Shown here: positions 26,995 through 33,703 of the stretch, piece by piece
Layout of the letters: each line of letters opens with the position of its first letter
Numbering within the stretch: the stretch's first letter is position 1
Source of the DNA: Actinomycetes bacterium
Lineage (GTDB): Bacteria; Actinomycetota; Coriobacteriia; Coriobacteriales; Eggerthellaceae
Direction: 5' to 3'
NCBI GenBank assembly: GCA_023395755.1
Contig: JAEWYG010000041.1
Location: 1 to 33,703 of the forward strand
DNA: 33,703 nucleotides
Notes under the pieces: generated by a model
Seen by the model: only the letters and a program-made list of their open reading frames with translations
What the model was told of the DNA's origin: nothing
Databases searched by the model: none
Program-made: the position numbers and the translations under genes

Positions 26995-27034
26995 GACGGA
27001 GCTGCATCACTTTCGATGCAGCTCCGTCGTGTTT
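26995..27034 (+). terminator. Intrinsic terminator
   Basis: 14-bp perfect stem GACGGAGCTGCATC/GATGCAGCTCCGTC followed by GTGTTT. Confidence 0.7.
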
Positions 27035-27357
27035 GGGATGAACTGAATCGAGCGGTCGTACTAAAAAAATTATTCTGCTAACCATAATTCTCAAAGCTCT
27101 ACGCTAACTACACTTATTACCAGCTTAACTTTACGTCACCTTTAATATTCTTTTCGAGAATAATTTTAAACAGGTGATATAAAAGGACTAGTCTCTTTAT
27201 GACGTTCAGAAACCATCCTTTCTATCGTTATAAACCTCCTTTTTAGAGCATGTGCACCTTGTTGTTCCTTCCTATACTCACGTTGTTGCTTGAGATTCTA
27301 GACAAAACGTAACGGGGCTGCGGGCATTTTTCGATGCCACGCGGAACAGGGGGAATC

Positions 27358-27966
27358 ATGGCTCTCAGCATTATCGAACACAATCCTATGCTCAAAAAAC
27401 CACTACTCGCTGTATTGGCAGCAGCCAATACCTGCACACCGATAAACCGATCTGAACTCGAAGCTCACCTGCTTGAAACATGGAGCGATGAGTACGCGCA
27501 AAGTCCTTCTGTTTCCATAGATATCCTCGCGCGCAACAAAGCGCTCTCAGAGTGCTTATATGTCAACGGCAGACCCTACGACGGCACACGGGAAGATCTC
27601 CAGCTCGACTATGACGTCAAAGAAGATGCCGTAGTTGAAGCGCGTCTTTCCCTTACCAACGAAGGCCGCGAACTTATAAAAACTTATGCACCTGCGACTG
27701 CCTTACAAACGCTCATTACCAGCAAGCCTCACTATCGCGACGTCTTCGAAACTATTCTACGTGCTTGCAGCACCGAAACTGGCTGTTCCTGCACCAATCT
27801 TGAACGTGTCCTTGCTACTATGCCTCAACTTCAGCCTCATCCGGAGACGCAGCAAACGGCCGTATATCCCCAATACTTTATTGATGCCCTCGAATCGGCA
27901 GGCGGCATTACCTGGAAAAACTCCTGGTTCGCCACAAAAGCAGGTAAGGCTATCGTCACCGTTTAA
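27358..27966 (+). CDS. Hypothetical protein upstream of molybdoenzyme operon
   Basis: 202 aa from ATG 27358 (GGGGGA SD); two wHTH-like ends (LSLTNEGREL; YFIDALESAGGITW..WFATKAGK), structure inferred only. Confidence 0.75.
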   Translation: MALSIIEHNPMLKKPLLAVLAAANTCTPINRSELEAHLLETWSDEYAQSPSVSIDILARNKALSECLYVNGRPYDGTREDLQLDYDVKEDAVVEARLSLTNEGRELIKTYAPATALQTLITSKPHYRDVFETILRACSTETGCSCTNLERVLATMPQLQPHPETQQTAVYPQYFIDALESAGGITWKNSWFATKAGKAIVTV

Positions 27967-28204
27967 CTCATCCTTTCCCGAGCCGACTTTCCCTCCCCAG
28001 GCTCGGAACCCTTCCGCGCCCGAAGCGCCCTCTTTATCACAAAGCAGTGCTTTGGGCGCGACGGAGTGGCATGTGCACTTGCGGGGCTACAAGAGCACAT
28101 CGAATAACCCAAGCCCACATACTTCATCGGACTCAGCCTTAGGGGACGCCCACAGGCTCCGAATAGCATCACCCGAACTAACAGACGAGAAGGAAGGATA
28201 AGTT

Positions 28205-30991
28205 TTGGCTACTACAGATATCAGTAGACGCAGCTTTGTCAAGCTTGGTGCCTTTGCTACAGCCGCCGCTGCAATGAGCGGTGTCGCAGGGTCAAACTTG
28301 ATACCTGTCGAACCTGCCGTTGCAGCTGAGTCTAACCAGACGCAGAAGATTAGAACTATCTGTCGCGCCTGCCTCAACAACTGCGGCATGATCGCCCATG
28401 TGCGCGATGGCAAAGTGGTTAAGCTCGAAGGCGACCCGGACGACCCCATGAACAAGGGGGCCGCCTGTGCAAAGGGACTCGCTGGCATTCAGGCACTTTA
28501 TAATCCCAACCGCATCAAATATCCCATGAAACGTCGGGGCGAACGCGGCTCCAACGAATGGGAACGTATTTCGTGGGAACAGGCAATCAACGAAATTGCC
28601 GATGTAATGTGGGAGTACTACCAAAAAGAAGGTCCTAAGAGCCTGGTAACCTCCACCGGTGGTGGCGGCAACCCGCAGTTCTTTTCACCCGCACGCTTCC
28701 TTTCCGTATGGGGCGGTGGCAACTTTTTCGAACCCGGTTGCGCGCAGTGTTACCTGCCGCGTAATCACATGGAATTCTGCCTGAATGGTACGGCAGACAC
28801 CTCACTAGCCGACGGCCCCGTAACTGAGGTCTACCTACCCGGCATCCTATCCGACGACTTGTGTACACCCACAAAAACTTATGTTATGTGGGGTGTGGGG
28901 CCCAGCTATCACGGCATTGGCTCAACGGGCCGTGTGGTAACGGATCTACGCAACAACGGTATGAAAACAGTGGTTATTGACCCGCGCTTCACCCCCGACG
29001 CAGCACGCGCTGATGTATGGCTGGCTATTCGCCCCGGCACCGACGTAGCGCTCATGCTGGCATGGATAAACTACCTCATCAAAAATGAGCTGTGGGACAA
29101 AAACTTCTGTCGCGAGTGGACAAACCTACCCTTCCTGGTACACGAAGACACCGGCATCACTTATCGCGCAAGCGAGCTGGGACTTGGCAGCGAGAGCGAG
29201 TACGTGGTGTGGGACAAAAACACCAACGCCGCCGCGGCCATGCCCTACCCGTTTAATGCCGCCCTCAATCCGGAAATGTTTGGTACCTACACGTTGCCTA
29301 ACGGCGAAAAAGCGCGTACCGCGTTCCAAATCATGAAGGATCATGTAGCTGAATGGACACTCGAGCGTGCAGCAGCGGTATGCTGGCTCAACGCCGACGA
29401 GATAGAGAAAGCTATCAACATCTACGTCGAAGGCTGCCCAAACGCGGGCGTTTCACTTGGCGTGGCAACCGACCAAACACGTAACTCCGCGCAGGCTGCA
29501 CAGGGTGATGCTATTCTCGACATCCTTATGGGCTGCATCCGTCAGCCTGGCTCCATCGTGCAAGATCGCCCCTGCTATGTTGAGCCCTGCAACTACGTGG
29601 TACAACCATTCGGCCTTCATCATCCCGACCATCCGCTTCGCATGCCCGACTCCGAAGCGCAGGCCCGCTTGGGTTACACCGAGCACAAGGGTTTAGGACA
29701 CTGGCTGGCAAGCCATATCCCCACAGTACTTAAAGCCATCGAAACAGGCGAGCCGTACCGTCCGCGCATTTGGATTGAGCGTTCAGGCAATAAGTTAGCC
29801 ATGATTGGCAACGCCACGCGCTTCTACAACGCCATGATGACCACCGAGCTTAACGTGCATATGTATATGCACTGGACTACCACCAGCGTGTGCTTAGCCG
29901 ACTACGTATTACCCACTGCAGAGTGGCTTGAGACCGCCTACGCACAAGACCGCCTGAACACCTACGCCATTCGTCGTCCTTGCACGCAACTCTACGAATG
30001 TGTGGACGAATGCATGCACTGGTCGTGGTTGGCGGCAGCCCTAGCCGATCGCGGTCACCAGCGTGCCATCGACTCCTTCAACCCAGAGATCGCCGGTAAG
30101 TTCTATGGTACCTACTGGCGCACCTATGAGGAGTACAAAGATTATGTTGGCTACTTCGTAGGCAGCTTCTATTACAATAACGAGAATTGGGACTGGAAAA
30201 CATTCGACGCGCAAGCTCCCAGCGAGTACCAGACCATCGAAGAATACGCAGCGAAATCCTACAACAGTCACCTGTTCGACGATGAGAAAAATCCCGGCAA
30301 ACCCGTCGGATTCCACACCACGTCAAAACGCTGCGAGCCGTACTTCGATGGCAACATTCACTTGGGCAACACCGGCACCATTGATGGCAAAGGCACCATG
30401 CAGCCAGCCACCAACGTATACCCAAAGTCCGACAACTACAACCCCCTGCCATACTACCTAGAGCCCTTCGAGTCGCCACTGACCGACACCGAGTATCCCT
30501 ATGTGCTCACCCAAGGACGCATCCCATTCTTCCATCACGGCACGCTACGCAACACACCCTATACACGCGAGATGTATCCGTACCCTGAAACATGGATTAA
30601 CCCGGAAACCGCCCGCGAAATCGGCATCGAAAATGGTGACTGGCTGTGGCTAGAATCGCGTCGCGGCAAAACCCAGGGCCGCGCCCGCATCACCAAGAGC
30701 GTGGCTCCAAAGGTTATCTATCAGGAGCGTTTCTGGAACCCCGAACTGCTTGATTCGGCAGATCCGAACCGGGCATGGCAGGTTATGAACATCAATGTAC
30801 TCACCCAGAACAACGACGAATGTCCCTTTAACGACGTGTACGGAACCTACACCTTACGTGGCATCACCATCAAGATAACCAAGGCAGATGGGGCACCCGA
30901 GGGCGTATGGATTGAGCCCGAGGACTTCACCCCGTGGCTACCCGAACTGTCTGAGAATACCGGAGGAGGTAATGCCGTCTATGGCGCGTAA
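28205..30991 (+). CDS. Tat-exported Mo/W-bisPGD oxidoreductase catalytic subunit (DMSO reductase superfamily, catechol-dehydroxylase/acetylene-hydratase-like)
   Basis: TTG start after GAAGGA; SRRSFVK Tat; CRACLNNC...CAKG [4Fe-4S]; GGGGNP and PGCAQCYLPR (Cys ligand region); IDPRFT..A..ADVWLAIRPGTD; ADYVLPTAEWLE; C-terminal molybdopterin dinucleotide domain. Confidence 0.93.
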   Translation: MATTDISRRSFVKLGAFATAAAAMSGVAGSNLIPVEPAVAAESNQTQKIRTICRACLNNCGMIAHVRDGKVVKLEGDPDDPMNKGAACAKGLAGIQALYNPNRIKYPMKRRGERGSNEWERISWEQAINEIADVMWEYYQKEGPKSLVTSTGGGGNPQFFSPARFLSVWGGGNFFEPGCAQCYLPRNHMEFCLNGTADTSLADGPVTEVYLPGILSDDLCTPTKTYVMWGVGPSYHGIGSTGRVVTDLRNNGMKTVVIDPRFTPDAARADVWLAIRPGTDVALMLAWINYLIKNELWDKNFCREWTNLPFLVHEDTGITYRASELGLGSESEYVVWDKNTNAAAAMPYPFNAALNPEMFGTYTLPNGEKARTAFQIMKDHVAEWTLERAAAVCWLNADEIEKAINIYVEGCPNAGVSLGVATDQTRNSAQAAQGDAILDILMGCIRQPGSIVQDRPCYVEPCNYVVQPFGLHHPDHPLRMPDSEAQARLGYTEHKGLGHWLASHIPTVLKAIETGEPYRPRIWIERSGNKLAMIGNATRFYNAMMTTELNVHMYMHWTTTSVCLADYVLPTAEWLETAYAQDRLNTYAIRRPCTQLYECVDECMHWSWLAAALADRGHQRAIDSFNPEIAGKFYGTYWRTYEEYKDYVGYFVGSFYYNNENWDWKTFDAQAPSEYQTIEEYAAKSYNSHLFDDEKNPGKPVGFHTTSKRCEPYFDGNIHLGNTGTIDGKGTMQPATNVYPKSDNYNPLPYYLEPFESPLTDTEYPYVLTQGRIPFFHHGTLRNTPYTREMYPYPETWINPETAREIGIENGDWLWLESRRGKTQGRARITKSVAPKVIYQERFWNPELLDSADPNRAWQVMNINVLTQNNDECPFNDVYGTYTLRGITIKITKADGAPEGVWIEPEDFTPWLPELSENTGGGNAVYGA

Positions 30992-31613
30992 TTGCTTGGT
31001 AATCAACCTCGATCGTTGCATCGGTTGCTACGCCTGCGAAGTGGCATGCAAGATGGAAAATGACATCGCCTTGGGCGAGCGTTGGAACAAAGTGGTGCAG
31101 GTGGAGCCGTTTGGCGAGTTCCCCCATGTGTCCACCTACTGGCTGCCGGTTATGTGCCAACAGTGCGAAGAATCGCCTTGCACTCACGTGTGCCCCACAG
31201 GAGCCTCGTACCGCGACGAAAAAACCGGCATGGTGCTAGTAAGCAAAGAGAAGTGCATCGGCTGTAAATACTGCATGATGGCCTGCCCCTACGGCGTGCG
31301 TAGCTGGAACAAAGCGCAACACGTAGTAGAAAAATGCACCTTGTGCAACCATCTGACCGCAGCTGGCGAGCAACCGGCCTGCGTGAAGAACTGCTGTGGT
31401 AAAGCGCGCTTCTACGGCGATATAGATGATCCTTCTTCCGACGTATCAAAAGAACTCGCGAAAGCAAGCTCTGACGCAATCCACTACCTGCCCAATGCTG
31501 GCAACGAACCTCTTTCTGTCTACATTCTCTCACCAAGGTTTGGTGAATGGCGCGCGGATGATCTCACTCAAACTACTAACCTGTACGTAACAACCGAGGG
31601 GAGCGTGGACTAA
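30981..31613 (+). CDS. 4x[4Fe-4S] electron-transfer subunit (DmsB/NrfC-like)
   Basis: CIGCYACEVAC, CQQC..PC..VCP, CIGCKYCMMACP, CTLC...PACVKNC; overlaps catalytic subunit stop; 30972 is an alternative start. Confidence 0.93.
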   Translation: MARNCLVINLDRCIGCYACEVACKMENDIALGERWNKVVQVEPFGEFPHVSTYWLPVMCQQCEESPCTHVCPTGASYRDEKTGMVLVSKEKCIGCKYCMMACPYGVRSWNKAQHVVEKCTLCNHLTAAGEQPACVKNCCGKARFYGDIDDPSSDVSKELAKASSDAIHYLPNAGNEPLSVYILSPRFGEWRADDLTQTTNLYVTTEGSVD

Positions 31614-32434
31614 TGGAAATCCAATGGGCATTGGTCCTGTTCACCGTTATTAGTGGAGCAGGCGCGTGGCTCTTCGCCTTCTCTATGCTGGGGTACTTGC
31701 TGAAGAAAAACGAAACCCCCAGCAAGATGGAAGCCATCATCTCTCTTGCGTTGATGGTGGTGGGTGGCTGTATGTCAGTTATGCATCTAAGCCATGTCGA
31801 TCGTATTCTTGAAGCGCTGAATCACCCCACCTCGGGCATCTTCATTGAAGCTGCCATGATTGGTGTACTGTGCATAATTTTGGCGGTATACCTTATCATG
31901 TTGGCGCGCGGCACGTCTGAGAAAGCACGCACCATCGTGGGGATTTTTGGCCTCCTTATGGGCATAGTGTTCACGTACGCTTGTGGCTCGTCCTACATGA
32001 TGGAAGCTCGTCCCGCGTGGCAGACTGTAACGCTACCGTTAGCCTACCTCGGTACGGCTGCAGCTGCAGGTGCTGGCCTGAATCTACTGCTCAAAGCTGT
32101 ACAAAAAGCCGAGCACCCTGCCGTTTCCTTTGCTGGGTTACTGTCTATTGTCGGCGGTGCGCTAGGAGCCATACTAGCCGCTGCATTTTGTATCTCGGCA
32201 GGGTCCTATATCGCCGAATCTCAAAACGGCACTATGACGTGGGTCATCCTTTTGTTCGTGACTACCGTGGTAGTAATTATTTGCGGTGTGGTAGCGCTTA
32301 AGCAACCTAAAAACACCTTGACGCTAGGTGTGGTAGCCCTCGTGGCGGGCCTCATTGCTGCAATAGCGCTCCGCATAGTCATGTGGCTTATTGGCACGCC
32401 CTTCATGGACTTTTTCCTCATGGCCCTCGACTAA
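31613..32434 (+). CDS. DmsC/NrfD-type membrane anchor subunit
   Basis: MEIQWALVLFT, SVMHLSH..R...L.HPTSGI..E, YM...RPAW motifs; about 8 TM; TAATG translational coupling. Confidence 0.9.
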   Translation: MEIQWALVLFTVISGAGAWLFAFSMLGYLLKKNETPSKMEAIISLALMVVGGCMSVMHLSHVDRILEALNHPTSGIFIEAAMIGVLCIILAVYLIMLARGTSEKARTIVGIFGLLMGIVFTYACGSSYMMEARPAWQTVTLPLAYLGTAAAAGAGLNLLLKAVQKAEHPAVSFAGLLSIVGGALGAILAAAFCISAGSYIAESQNGTMTWVILLFVTTVVVIICGVVALKQPKNTLTLGVVALVAGLIAAIALRIVMWLIGTPFMDFFLMALD

Positions 32435-32439
32435 ACACC

Positions 32440-32467
32440 CTGGGCTGCCGCGAAAGCGGCAGCCCAG
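32440..32467 (+). repeat. 12-bp GC hairpin with GAAA tetraloop inside operon (mRNA stabiliser or attenuator)
   Basis: CTGGGCTGCCGC-GAAA-GCGGCAGCCCAG, no U-tract. Confidence 0.7.
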
Positions 32468-32502
32468 CATTGCAGGCACGCAAAACGAAAGGAGATCGCA
32501 TT

Positions 32503-33198
32503 ATGATGACTCACCAAGAACTTCTCGATTTTTTCAACGAGAGCGCAAGCACCTATCGGTTTTTGTCTCAGGTGTTCTTTAAAGAACTGAACGAGCAAGC
32601 TATTGCAGAGCTAGCAGCAGCCAAGTACCCCACTGATACCGACAACGATTGTCTTAACCAGGGGTACCGTATGGTTCGCCGCTATTTCGCGTTTTCTGCA
32701 ACCGACCGGCGCGGACAACTTGCCTGTGAATACGCACGCATCTTTCTGGCCGCGGGCGTGTTCACGAAAGACCGTCAGACGGCGGTACCGTATGAATCGG
32801 TATTCGCTGGCGAAGATCACCTTATGATGAGTGATGCACGCGACGAGGTGGTCGCACGTTTTCTCGAAGACGGGTTTCAAGTCAACCCCGATTTGCATGA
32901 ACCCGAAGATCATCTGGCCTTCGAACTGGAATACCTCATTAACTTGAATGAACGTGCAAGCGTGTGGGCCCAAGCAAAAAACAAGGTTGAACTACGTCGT
33001 AACGTGATACGTCAGTTGGAATTCATCGAACAACACCTGCTGAACTGGATTCCCCTCCTGCGCCAGACCGCACAAGAATACGCCAAACTCACGTTCTACA
33101 CGGGCATGCTATTCGTGGCCCAAGGCACACTTGAACAGGGGCAAAACATACTGCGCGACATCGTGGAGCAACTCGACGGCACTAGTACCGCAGCGTAA
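32503..33198 (+). CDS. TorD/DmsD family molybdoenzyme maturation chaperone
   Basis: EYARIFL, PYESVF, EPEDHLAFELEYL, FIEQHLLNWIP motifs; SD AAAGGAG. Confidence 0.93.
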   Translation: MMTHQELLDFFNESASTYRFLSQVFFKELNEQAIAELAAAKYPTDTDNDCLNQGYRMVRRYFAFSATDRRGQLACEYARIFLAAGVFTKDRQTAVPYESVFAGEDHLMMSDARDEVVARFLEDGFQVNPDLHEPEDHLAFELEYLINLNERASVWAQAKNKVELRRNVIRQLEFIEQHLLNWIPLLRQTAQEYAKLTFYTGMLFVAQGTLEQGQNILRDIVEQLDGTSTAA

Positions 33199-33212
33199 CC
33201 GGAGACCTTGCC

Positions 33213-33703
33213 ATGTCAGCAAACAACCCAACCCGCAGAACGTTTGTCATCGGAGGGGCCACGCTGGTTGCAAGCGTGGTAGTGGGTGCAGGCATACGTC
33301 CCCTCGTTGCCCAAGCTAATGTACTACGCCCTCCCGGATCGGTTCCTGAAAGCGAATTTATGGCTCGCTGCATTAAATGCGAGCGATGCATTAGTGTGTG
33401 CCCCACCGGCGTACTGGAGCCCCTTAATATTGAAGGTGGGCTGTTGCAGGCACGCACTCCGGTACTCAATTTCACCAACAACAGCTGTACGTTTTGCGAC
33501 AAGTGTCGCGAGGTATGCCCTACTGCGGCCATTGGAGCTGTTGACCCTTACGCACCCGATCAGGGTCGTATTGGTGCCGCCATCCTCCACGAAGACCGCT
33601 GCTTGGCCTTTCTGGAAACTAACAGCTGCGGCCTCTGCGTTGAAGCATGCGCCTACGAGGCCCTTTCCTTTGATGCGGGGCGTCGCCCTGTTGTGGACAC
33701 GAC
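33213..33703 (+). CDS. NapG/MauM-family Tat ferredoxin (4Fe-4S), 3'-truncated by window edge
   Basis: Manual translation: MSANNPTRRTFVIGG...LRPPGS..E.EFMARCIKCERCISVCPT...CTFCDKCREVCPT...RCLAF...CGLCVEACAY; SD GGAG. Confidence 0.9.
   Translation, partial: MSANNPTRRTFVIGGATLVASVVVGAGIRPLVAQANVLRPPGSVPESEFMARCIKCERCISVCPTGVLEPLNIEGGLLQARTPVLNFTNNSCTFCDKCREVCPTAAIGAVDPYAPDQGRIGAAILHEDRCLAFLETNSCGLCVEACAYEALSFDAGRRPVVDT

Noticed and set aside
1..33703. CRISPR arrays, IS elements, tRNA or rRNA genes
   Set aside because: No regularly spaced repeats, transposase/integrase ORFs or tRNA cloverleaf patterns were seen on manual reading.

Overview
Chromosomal window, roughly 50-55% GC by eye. Gene content (Tat-exported flavin reductases, polytopic-membrane LuxR regulators, a Tat Mo-bisPGD enzyme operon) points to Coriobacteriia/Eggerthellaceae; this taxonomy is inferred. 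Left part: partial rlmD; a GntR regulator divergent from a DDAH (dimethylarginine dimethylaminohydrolase) plus ArcD-type antiporter; YvlD-type holin-like gene and lrgAB; Fe-dependent alcohol dehydrogenase; a ZIP transporter preceded by an unannotated structured RNA (6S-like or cis-leader); OFA-family MFS transporter; AlkA-family glycosylase. The rest is an anaerobic-respiration region. It has three Tat-lipoprotein flavin reductases, each beside a membrane-bound LuxR regulator; one is paired with a hexaheme cytochrome and one is a UrdA-like FMN-domain fusion. It also has a frameshifted, catalytically degenerate cyclophilin, a di-heme cytochrome b-like protein, a CmpB-like permease, and a catechol-dehydroxylase-like molybdoenzyme operon (catalytic, Fe-S, anchor, TorD chaperone, NapG-like) running off the right end. 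No mobile element, CRISPR array, tRNA or rRNA was recognised. The best leads are the methylarginine-utilisation locus, the RNA at about 8.5-8.66 kb, the orphan reductases with a shared operator/promoter layout, and recurrent 3'-UTR hairpins with anti-Shine-Dalgarno loops.
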